Part shown: in pieces, positions 13,335 to 23,705 of the stretch
Numbering within the stretch: position 1 is the first letter of the stretch
How the letters are laid out: each line of letters starts with the position of its first letter
Source of the DNA: Marsupella aquatica
Taxonomy: Eukaryota; Plantae; Marchantiophyta
Length of the DNA stretch: 64,000 nucleotides
Assembly: GCA_973895155.1 (NCBI GenBank)
Contig: OZ316891.1
Location: 4,371,508-4,435,507, forward strand
Reading direction: 5' to 3'
Program-made: the position numbers and the translations under genes
Notes under the pieces: generated by a model
Told to the model about the DNA's origin: nothing
What the model saw: the letters and a program-made list of their open reading frames with translations, nothing else
Databases searched by the model: none

Positions 13335-14038
13335 CTATGAAAAATGACACTCATCCAGGACTAATCTAAGCCAATTAATCTTAAACAGTGGACCTGCAAG
13401 TCTAGGTTTTTTTACAGGTCTCTTCATACTCCATTTTGGCACGCTGAACGTCTTTGGAGCAATGGATGACTCCCCTGTCATGATTGAGTACGTAGTGACA
13501 ACCACGTCATGGCTTGAAATAAAGTCAATGTCTTTATTCCTCTTGTTGTGGTAGAGGAGGACCTTCACTTTTGCTATCTTGGAGGTTCTGGCAGCTATTT
13601 CTTGGCCCCATTGAATCGCCACGCTAGCTGGACAAACAAACTAGAGTTGGCCCACACTTATGAGGGCAATTCGCAAGAAATAGCGCTATGACATGCATGG
13701 TTTTCCCCATTCCCTACAAAAATCCAAGCCAAGAAAACGGTCAGGGGTCCACTCACTTGCAGACAAGGTGCGCACGTACCCCTAACATACTCCAAAAATA
13801 CCCCCAAAGTATCCCGCTGAATGAAAATAATGAGTGCGACTTTAGCTTAATTTGGGGGCTTTTGTACCTGTTCATCCGCCAACATCCCACCAATTGGAGA
13901 GCTTTTTCCGGATTCGCGTTCCAACATCCATGCAAGACCAATCCGCTGGTGTGGATATAGAGCTGTAGTCATTGTACCAGGTGGAGGGCATGCCTCCTCT
14001 ATCAAGTGAGACCCTTGGATATCAATCTACGGATCCCG
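13335..14038 (-). pseudogene. SNF2-family ATPase N-terminal fragment (RAD5/RAD16/Ris1-like, resembling plant CHR27/CHR28), frameshifted and truncated
   Basis: Exon 14038-13868 encodes EEACPPPGTMTTALYPHQRIGLAWMLERESGKSSPIGGMLADEQ. A GT-AG intron spans 13867-13714. The next exon encodes GMGKT, then GPTLV, a +1 frameshift, CPASVAIQW, VLLYH, HDVVVTTYSIM and LAGPLFKINWLRLVLDECH, followed by a stop. No helicase C-terminal domain is present. Confidence 0.85.
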
Positions 14039-14118
14039 CTTATAGCAAAGTTAAATATGCTTGAACATTGTTTCTGAAAAAACAGTAATCACACAACAAA
14101 GGAAACAAAATTGCTAAC

Positions 14119-16046
14119 CTTTCCACTCTCTGTGGCACACTCTTCCCAGTGAATGTCTTGTTCTGAATGCTCGTCATCCTCTTCTTCTTCTTCTTCTTCT
14201 TCTTCCTCTTCCTCTACCTCTTCCTCCACTTTGATAGCCCTCCTCTTTGCTGGTGAGTGACTGCCACTCGGAATAGAGTCCTCTCGCCCTCTCTTTGAAG
14301 CACAAGGAAAATTTGGTTGTCGTGAAATGTGACTCGTCCTAGCCTCCCATCCCGGAATCTTAGTTGGAACATGAAATAGAACAGAAATTGGAGGTGACCC
14401 TGGTATTTCTGATGCAATTGCACTCAACGATTTGTCCTCCTCTGTAGCTGAGACCTCTACTTTTGATGTTGGTGCAGCATTTGGTGCCTCTCCTTCTAAA
14501 AGTCACATCTCTTCTTCTGATGCCGGTATTTCTGCCAGTACTGGTGGTGCAGCTGCCTATAACTCTACCAAAACTGGTGAGTCACCTCCACTCAAAATAG
14601 ACTCCTCTCGCTATATCTTTGGAGCAGGATAATGAATTGGGAAAGTACTTGCTTCTGCTGGTGCTGCTGCTGGTACCTCTACTATAGCTGGAACACCAGG
14701 ATAATAAATTGGGAAAGTACCTGCTTCTGCTGGTGTTGTTGCTTGTACCTCTACTATAGCTGGAACACCAGAAACTGGCGGTAACTCTGAAATTGGGCTA
14801 TGCTATGATGCCTTTGCATCATAATTTGCATGTACCCTGGCACCAAGACCTACCAAAACCTCACAACATCTCTCGTCACCTCCACTCTCACCTTCTCCAC
14901 TCGATGTCTCACTGCCAACTTGTTCAGAATGCAACCCAACCTGCCTTTCCAATTCTAATATGCGGACTCTCTGTCTATTGTTTTCTTTCATCAAATCGAG
15001 GACCAATTTTTTATGATTCTCCGCTGCTTCTCATAGCATGTCCGATTTTTCTGCAAGATCAACCTCTAGCGCACGTATGTGCTGTGATAGAACACGCATG
15101 CACTCTGGAATAGAGGGCGGCGATTTGTGCTCACCTTGAGGAGATTTCTGTTCATCCCTGGAGAATTGGGGCGCAACCTCCGATGGTTGCCCCTCACCGT
15201 CAGACACACCATCCCCTTCCTCGTCCTCTCGTGAGCCATCTTCTCCTTCCTCGTCCTCTCGTGATTAGTCATCCCCTTCCTCGTCCTCCTGTGAGCCACT
15301 ATCCCTGTCCTTGTCCTCTTCTGAGCCAGCCTCCCCTTCCTCATCCTCTTGTGAGCCATTGTCCCCTTCCTCCTCCTCGTCCTCCTCATGATCATCTTCG
15401 TGTTGTTCGACCATAAGCTCCTCCAGCGAATACCCGTAGTGTACAAGAATCTGCGTTATAGCAGTGCCACAGTAGCAAGGAAGTCATTTTTCTATGACAC
15501 CATTCTTCGATAAGTGTGACTTTAACCTGAGGATCTCACTCGTCAGATTATTGTACACCAAATATGCCCAATCAGGCTTCACCACGGGAGTTTCAGCTCC
15601 TCTAAAACGATCACGTACCCTAATCGTATCCCACCAATACGGTTAGTATACCCACATGTCTTTTGAGGTGACTTGAGTGGGTTTGCTCTTGCCTGGGAGC
15701 AATTCAAAAATTGCCCTGATTATCCCACAGCACTGCATATATGGCGCAGTGATTTTGTCTAGACTGTATGGGTTGCCTTTCGTCTTGGCAGAAAACATGG
15801 AATTTAGTTGACCTTGGACCAACCCAGGTTTAAATCGGGCCCATTCTCCAGATGGAAAAGCAAATACAGCTCGCAATACCTCTCTGTTGAATGTGTGAGT
15901 TGCACCCGGAATGACACACAGTTTTGACCTTGATCATACCCTACTGCGAACTCCTTTACAACAGGAATTGCAACTCTGGGCCAGTCGAGTTGAAAACATG
16001 TAACCAAACCAGATTTTCTAGCTAAATTATGGTCTGTAGGGGCCAT
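14119..16046 (-). pseudogene. Decayed transposon accessory ORF: plant-transposon (Transposase_32/PMD-like) domain, acidic repeats, coiled coil and Pro/Ala-rich region
   Basis: Pieced-together frames read SGLVTCFQLDWPRVAIPVVKEFAVGYD, VLRAVFAFPSG, DWAYLVYNNLTSEI and YCGTAITQILVHYG, then EDEEGD-type repeats (about 15190-15400), a heptad-rich segment and PAIVEV repeats. There are several stops and frameshifts. Confidence 0.6.
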
Positions 16047-16096
16047 CCCTAGATAATGTCATATTACCCTCCCCGAGCATGACTTCCAAATTGTCT

Positions 16097-16318
16097 CCGT
16101 CGCGACCCCTAGGCCCTCAGTCTTAACTAATATGTGGAGGACGTGCGAACGCTCAAAGGGTGGTTTTTATTCATTTTGAACTAATAATTATAATTATTAC
16201 CGGTAATAAGGGAACTTTTAATGGTAAAATGGAAATAACAAGGGGCAAACATGAAAAGGGCCCGATCATAGGGGGTCCACTTCTTTTACATGGAGTGAGG
16301 GCCTAGGGGTCACGACTG
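16097..16318. mobile_element. MITE-like element with 21-bp terminal inverted repeats
   Basis: GTCGCGACCCCTAGGCCCTCA (16099-16119) and TGAGGGCCTAGGGGTCACGAC (16296-16316) pair with 1 mismatch around an AT-rich interior. The TSD is not clean (TA on the right only). Confidence 0.6.
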
Positions 16319-17147
16319 TACAAACAATGTAGGCCTTAGTTGCGCCATTCTAACAATCGATCAATATACTTCATGCGAAATTAAGAACCAAAGGAGTTGA
16401 GTGAACAAGGGGTACATACAATCTATGATATCCTCGTCGCTTTGCATCAACAATGCGACCGGCGCTGGACGATCATGTCGACGAACCATACTTTCACCAA
16501 TCCTCCAACGTCACCCCGCGCTCGTCGATACTTGCTTCTGTTGCTAACACCCAAAGTGTAATCCAATGGCAGACTTGTCAGCCACAAAGATTTATGAAAC
16601 CTACACAATCAAAGAGTGGAGCTCAGGAGCTCGCACCATTGCCCAAAGCTTATAAGGAATTCCTCATAGGGCGTTCATGTGTGCAGTGGCATGCATCATT
16701 CAGTCACTGCAATTTTAGTAGTAGATCTCACAACAAAGATTCTGTCTCCGATCGGTGGCACCGACCGCCCTTTCACTCCTCAACGTACATTTTATCACGT
16801 TCCCAAGTAACACTAGTACATATTTAGCTGATTTCCGATGCTCAATTTTTGCAAACAATCGGCGTCCGATTCTTTTAGAATCGGAAATTCCCATTATCAC
16901 AAAATGGCAATATGCCATACTCTTGGCTTTGGATATCTTCATTTCCGATGTAATTAACAACGGAACCTTTCCGATGCGGTAAAAAACGGATCATATCCGT
17001 TACAAAATACATCGGATCCCCTAACAAAAAATTTGATTGATATGTCCGATGTTTTTTGTAACGGAAATGATGTGCGTTTCAATATTGATCGGAAAAGTTC
17101 CGTAGTTGATAAGAACAGATATTATATCCGATTGTGGTAAAATAACA

Positions 17148-17267
17148 AAGTCCGATGTTGAGAGAATGGGAAAGTCCGATGCTGAGAGAATGGGAAAGTC
17201 CGATGCTAGGAGAATGGGAAAGTCCGATGCTAGTAGAATGGGAAAGTCCGATGCTGGGAGAATGGGA
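17148..17267 (+). repeat. 24-bp subterminal tandem array of the CACTA element (about 5 units)
   Basis: Unit AAGTCCGATGCTRRGAGAATGGGA, with an inverted counterpart at 18552-18719. Confidence 0.85.
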
Positions 17268-18551
17268 AATTTTCATTTTGGCAAAATGACAAATTCCTAT
17301 TGTGTTAGATGGGGCATGTAGTTGCATCGACATACTCTTCCTAGAAAAGAGGATACAATCATTCTTGCATGTTTGAATGACTTCATACTTGAGGCAAATG
17401 AACTTAATTGAATGTTGTTCTTGCCTCCTTCCAAGACCCCAAAATATTGTTCCATTTTGGCAATATTTTCTCAACATGCAAAATCAAAAATTTATCATCT
17501 AAAAGGAGATTGCTTGTCCCATGTAGTCTTTGTTGCAAGTCCAACAACAACATAGTTGATGAAAGATGAGACAATCGGGAGCTGCCCTTGACGCCAAGGC
17601 TTTGGAAGGACCAAAATATTAATCTTCCATAACTAATAAACTATAATGATCTCATGTCAAGTTGGATGGAGGAGGGCTTTACTATTCACGAATGACCCCA
17701 AATTTTTATTGATTGCTCCAAGGGAATGTAAGAGGGTAATCGTAATTATAGATCACTCGATGCAAACATGCAATATCATGATAGAGCAAAACTGGGATTT
17801 ATTAGTCTAATGCCACACTTTTGTGGCATAATCACTACATTGCCACTCTTTTTCTTGTATTTATCAGTCTGCCACTCGTTTGAGTCATTGGTTAAGAAAA
17901 GTAACTCAGGTTAACTACCTAAGATCCGTCATTGAGATTTCTTTTGGTCTTCCCATTGGATAGGTCGTCGCTTCCCTCACGGTTACATTTTGAACCCTTA
18001 GTATAGTTTGCGGAGGGGTGGGTCGGCTAATCCATTTCTCCTCCCCTCCATTTCTCTATCACCATAGTCGAGGCGCACTGGCTGCGTCTTTGCTCCACCC
18101 TTGCCACTATCGTTGCATCCTCGGTTGCGTCCTCATTTCCCCGGCCCGGGCTGTGTTGTCATTGACCCTAGCTGCCTCTAGCTTGGCTGGGGTTGCATTG
18201 TTGCATGTTTCCTATCGGCCTCTCTCGACTCTGCCCAGCTTAGGTCCAAATTATGGGTCTTAATAAATTTAGAAGTGTATAAAATCCCTAAACACTCCAA
18301 GTCAAACAATAAAAGTGTTAAGCTTGCATGTACATTGTGAGGGATAAGAACCACAAAGTTAAGCTCATGTTGGAGGAATAGCAATTGGGATGGGTGACCA
18401 CTTAGTTGAGGAATGAAGAGTTGAAATGTCAAAGGAGATGGGCACCTCGCTCATGGTTGCAAAATGAAAGTAAATATACAAAGGAAGAGATGGGTGACCT
18501 GAGCACCCCGCGTCCACTCCAATGTGTATCCCATTTTCATTGTTTTGCTCT

Positions 18552-18719
18552 TTCCCATTCTCCCAGCATCGGACTTTCTCATTCTCCCAACATCGGACTT
18601 TCCCATTCTCTTAGCATCGGACTTTCCCATTCTCTTAGCATCGGACTTTCCCATTCTCTTAGCATCGGACTTTCCCATTCTCTTAGCATCGGACTTTCCC
18701 ATTCTTTCAGCATCGGACT
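18552..18719 (-). repeat. 24-bp subterminal tandem array of the CACTA element (about 7 units), inverted relative to 17148-17267
   Basis: Unit TTCCCATTCTCTTAGCATCGGACT. It accounts for the spurious IGLSHSLS and MGKSDAKR ORFs. Confidence 0.85.
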
Positions 18720-19128
18720 TTCCGATTTAAGTTCGATTGTCGATATCCGATACTTTTATCATGGCATGTTACGATGTCGGCAGAATCAGATGTATGGTTT
18801 TTTCATATTGTTTTTTATAAAGATGTCCGATGTGGAGAGAATCGGAAAAAGGAGGTAAAATGTACTAGTGTAACCTGGTAATACCTGTCCATTATGTCAC
18901 GTCCAACCCAGAATCCAATGATATTCGTGACCCGTGCCATCCCCAATCATACCCCGTGCGAAGCACCATAGTGTCACCATCACAAGCTCACGTCTGACCT
19001 GCATCTCACACATCCTACGGTCTGCGTCCTGGTCAGTATTCAGTTATTGACAAAACGGCGCCTCTCAAGTGTTGTCATATCTCATAGTATCTTTCTTTTT
19101 GTCGTACTTGGGACTTTCCATGGTATTA

Positions 19129-21125
19129 CTATACGGTATTCCACCGTACAGGGATACCATGGTGAAGTCCAATTGCACGAAAATCAAGCCTCAATGCAAC
19201 TAATCTTTGAAAGGTGATGTGTTCCTCAATTTGTGACGCTGCCTTGTAGATTGGGCAACTTGACCAAGAACCCTTTATAGACAACCAGCTCACACCAACC
19301 TTCCCGAGGTCCTTCTCAGTACCATTTGCATTGTGCGATTCTGCCATGTCGTCCCCTCCCTCCTCCTCCTCCTCCTCCCCATCAGAAGCACCGTCCACTC
19401 CTACATCCCCCGCTTGCATTTCTATTGCCGCATCGCGCCTGGGAAGGAGTACTTCCCTTACAACACACAGGTCAGGGACGGAAAGTGAGTCCGCTATTGC
19501 AGTCATTATGTCCCCTACCTCTGGGAAAGGACCCGGGCAGTTTGCAATTGTGGTAGGGAGTTCCCGTACTAAAGTATCTCCAATCTCCAAGGCCACAACC
19601 TCCCTCCCGCCTCTTCAAATTGGGAAGAACATGTGTAGAATTCTTGACATAGGCCTACAGTTGTTGCCATGTGCGTGATATACTTTTGGTTCAAAAAGAG
19701 AAAACAGGGAATACTCATCTCGTTCCCAAGATAGTAAATTTTGCCAAGGATCCTGTGTATACTATTGTTTATACCAATCCGCCTCAAAGAATATGTCCAT
19801 GTGGCCATCGAATTTGTGCATGAAAATCTTTTGGAGTACTGCTCTCCAGTTTTGAGGATGTGTTCAAAGCATCTGTACTCCCATCTACCAGTACAACAAT
19901 GTGATCGCCAGGCCTGTACACTTCAACTCTCCACATAGCTGATCGCAATGGAGTGCAAGATTCACTAATTTCGTGGTCCTCACTGATGTTGAATACTCCA
20001 ACATCTGTCCAATGCTTCTTCAATGACATCCTGGCGGACAGCCCTAGTTTCTTTGTCAGCTTCCTGTTTGAGCCTATGCCAACCCCTTTGCTCAACAACA
20101 TGTGCTTGCAACCATATGACTCCACAGAGGATATCATACTATCCCACAATTCCATCGCTAGAATTTGACTTGAAACTATTGGCACCAAATTCCCGTGCCA
20201 GTGTGGGCATTCAGATGGTGGTACAGTGACTCTACACTTGTGCTCCTTACGATGCTCCGCAGGGACACGCAGGGATGCATGAACTTTCTCCAAAGCCCTC
20301 TGATGAGGGAAAAGTCCATCGTCATCTTCCTAAATGTACGACGATATTTTTGTGAAAAAGCATCGTGCAAATGAAGAGAATAAGTGACTTCCTGGTCCTT
20401 CTGATTTGTTCTGGTGCATCCATAGTCTGATACCATCCTCTCGAAGCGGTAGCACCAATAAACATAGTGTGGGTCATGTCGTTCTATCCCATCAAACATG
20501 TCACCGCTCCCTAAAAATTGGGATCAAAACACATTGGGATTAGAACATCACCTCGATCAGTGCAATGATGGATCGACCAACAACGAATACCCATTGTCAT
20601 CATGGTCATGTAGCAAGTGTAAACAAAATGACTCACCAGCAACATGCTCTAGAATTGCTCCATTTGGGCCCCAAGCCTCTTCTGAGCGAACTCTCCAAGA
20701 AGCCAGTAGAGACCTGCCTTTTTTCAATGTGGCTGTAGTCCAACCCTCTTGTCTACTTCTGATATAAAAGAGCCGTGCAATCTCTACCAAAAGAATCCCA
20801 AGCGTCCCAAGGTCAGAGCGGACACTAATGTCCATCTGTTGGAGGATATGAGGTAGACAATACAATATGAATCACGTGAACTCTTCAGCCTTGAAGTATC
20901 CCAATCTTTCAAAAGGTTGTTTCGGCCACCTTCCATCAAAACCTCTTGGTTTCCTAGCAGTAACCTCCTCCAAAGCATCTTCAAACTGTTTTTGATGTTG
21001 ACGGGGAACACTCAAAACTAGAAGCTCGCAGTATTTCTTGAAAAGGCACAAGGCAAGGATATGCATTGTATCATACACCAGATCCTTGCTCAAACAAAAT
21101 CCAGTAAGCTCATGTAGTCGCCAAG
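19129..21125 (-). pseudogene. Decayed CMC-superfamily (CACTA/Mirage/Chapaev-like) transposase, C-terminal part, cut at its 5' side by the LTR at 21126
   Basis: Fragments LVYDTMHILALCLFKKY, RLGYFKAEEF, CLPHIL and FDGIERHDPHYVYWCYRFERMV match the DxMH / K(A/S)xE / W...FER signature. The region contains frameshifts and probable introns. Confidence 0.6.
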
Positions 21126-21944
21126 TGTGACACGGGTAACGTGTCACTTAACCGAACCCCAGTCGTAGATTAGGTCTTATACGGTCGTTAGGACCGTAGC
21201 CGTAGTGTAGGATAGCACGTATAAGCCGTCTGTTGCCTTTATGAATAGATTAGGAGTAGGTTAAGTTGACCGAATGATTACGAGTTGAGGAGGAGGATTA
21301 TTACGCACGACCGAGGTACGGTGGCGGCGGCGGAGTAAAAATCCGTTAGAAGAATCACGATTGGACCGAGGCGCCGACTTCAGCTCATTATCAACGACCA
21401 AAACGGCCTGGCCTTCTCACGCTCGGGCTCCTCCTGGCACCTCCATAAGAGAGGAGCCGATGGCACTATGGGCCATTTGCTCATTTCTACCTTTTGGAAT
21501 TCGCGGACGCTGCCATTCACTCGCCTTTTTGGCTCGAATCAAACTGACCTTTACAAGGAGATTATCGAGGGATAAGAGCAGAATGTGGCAAGATTTAGTC
21601 AGGACGAGCAAGGCCTCCACAAGCACGAGGACCAGCCGGGTGGGAACGCGGACTCGACGAACCGGACTACAAGGTTAGTATGACCCTTACAGCCTTGGGA
21701 TTTTGGACCTTGTTTGGCGAGGTAGGTGCTAAGTTCTCCGAGACTGACTGGTACTCTTGTCCCGAGAAAGCCGCTTACGAACGAAGATACGCAAAGCTGG
21801 TGGCCAAGGTAGCACTGGTTAATTGCGAGAAGACAGCCATCATCAGGGATTCCAGCTACAACGAGCTGCGAGACTACATCACCGAGCTATATCTCAGCGA
21901 GGAAGGGCTTAGATCGGTAGTAGAGGCGATTCTTGAGGTCCCAG

Positions 21945-22208
21945 CTCGGGGGTTTCACTTCCACAAAAATGGCATATCATGTGCGACGAAGGATAGGATC
22001 ATTTTATTGGTTGTAAGAAAAGACTTAAGAATTTTTGTAGAAGAACAATAGGGTCTTTTAAATTCAATTTTGAGACTTATAAGAACATTAGGGCCTTTTC
22101 AACTTTATAGGGGTTAGAAAATAATAATTTTTTCTTACATTTTAGGGGGTCCGAGGCCTAAAAACGTCACAGGTGATGGGGAGGTCCCCATATAGTGAGA
22201 CCCCCGAG
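21945..22208. mobile_element. MITE of the CTC...GAG family, copy 3 (264 bp)
   Basis: 15-bp TIR CTCGGGGGTTTCACT / AGTGAGACCCCCGAG with 1 mismatch and a perfect 8-bp TSD GGTCCCAG (21937-21944 and 22209-22216). Excision restores the host reading frame. Confidence 0.9.
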
Positions 22209-23166
22209 GGTCCCAGCAAAGTTCTTTAGGCTGAAGGGTAGCCAGCTGCTTACTCAAGCGGAGTTCGACAAGATTTTGGGGTACCTAGACCAGTAGATCG
22301 CAGCCAAAAAGCGCCAAGAAGACATCAGCAGACAACGGGAAGCGGCGCGTAATCTTACTTTCCTCGGGGAAAGTTCCAACGCCTTCGACTGGGATATGGC
22401 CACCCCAACACCACCAGCACCTCAGCCGATGACCATCGGCATACCTCTGAACCGGTCCCAAGTCCGTCCAGTGATCAACATAGAGTGTTCTTCAGGTTCC
22501 GAGCGAGTTAGTCCGCAACTCGAGCAGCGTTCTCGTAAGCGGGCAAGGACGACGCCGGCCCCCGAATCAACAATGCAAACCATCGCCGCGCCTGCGTCTG
22601 CCCTGACAAACCCCCCGGCCAACCAGACCCGACGGCCCCCTGATAACCCAAAGTCCAACTTATTACAGGTAATCTGCGTCCCCGAAGTAGTCTGGATCGC
22701 GATCAAGAAACTCGACCATGCGGACTATCTCAAGGAGCATCAGTTGGAGTAGTTCGCCCACTTGCTATGGAGGCCGTGCGCCGCCGGGCCAAAGGAAATT
22801 TGTGAGTTCATCTCCAATTTTGACACGGACGCATCAACCACCAAGGTTTCGGGATAGGTTTTATCACTCACGGAGCATCGGTTAAGGCAAATCTTTTGCC
22901 TACCAACCGGGCCGATGCCGGTTGAACTCCGAATTCGGGATAAGGAGTATACACCTTAGCACTTCAAACCCGAGGGTAAGACGGACAACGGATACAAGCA
23001 GGGGTCGTGCACCAACTTAATCTGCATGGAGCGGCTTAACTTCATACGGACTACCCTACACATGATTGAGCCACGATCCGAGATCTCCCTCTGCACGATC
23101 GTGCAGGTGGAATAGTACAAACGGCGGAACTGGGCCCAATTCTTGTACCGAAGATTCTCGGGGGAG

Positions 23167-23498
23167 TGTTGAACTATTACGTCATTCGCAACGACCATAC
23201 AACCATGACTCATTCCATGCACACGTAGTCGACACAATCTCTACGTGGTTCACCTCTTCTCCAAGGCTACGTCCACACAAACACTCAAGCTTTACTTCAA
23301 GAGTAGACGAACACACATGCTCTTCCTCTTTCTCAAGTTGCTCCGTTACAATGAGTAAGCACACCACACCAGCGGCTTACACTAGCCCTGGTATATACAA
23401 GGTCACACACGACTAACCTAACCTTAGTTAAGATCCTAACTGTGGTTAGCCTAAGTGCCGTAACCTATGAGTCACAAGACTAAGAACAATCCTTAACA
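23167..23498 (-). repeat. Copia 3' LTR (332 bp)
   Basis: Direct repeat of 29874-30204, preceded on the minus strand by the PPT. Confidence 0.95.
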
Positions 23499-23705
23499 AA
23501 CTCCCCCTTGACTCTAGTCTTGGGGACTGCAATTTCTGCTGTCCATATGAGATACTCAGCGGGAAATTCTAGACAATCACCTAAAACCATAGGTGTCCCC
23601 CTAAAAACCATTTCAGGTTAACTAAGGGTTAACTAGAATTAAGCCGTAGCCATAACAGGATTGAGTAACCCATATACAAAAATTAAATATTGTTAAGTTA
23701 CTCTC

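Larger units (their letters stand above)
16811..18870. mobile_element. Non-autonomous CACTA (En/Spm) element, 2060 bp
   Basis: TIRs CACTAGTACAT...ATGTACTAGTG, 3-bp TSD TAA (16808-16810 and 18871-18873), many subterminal TCCGAT/ATCGGA motifs and no transposase. Confidence 0.92.

Noticed and set aside
17079-18858. ORFs with IGLSHSLS / MGKSDAKR repeats
   Set aside because: They are translations of the 24-bp CACTA subterminal arrays, open in several frames.
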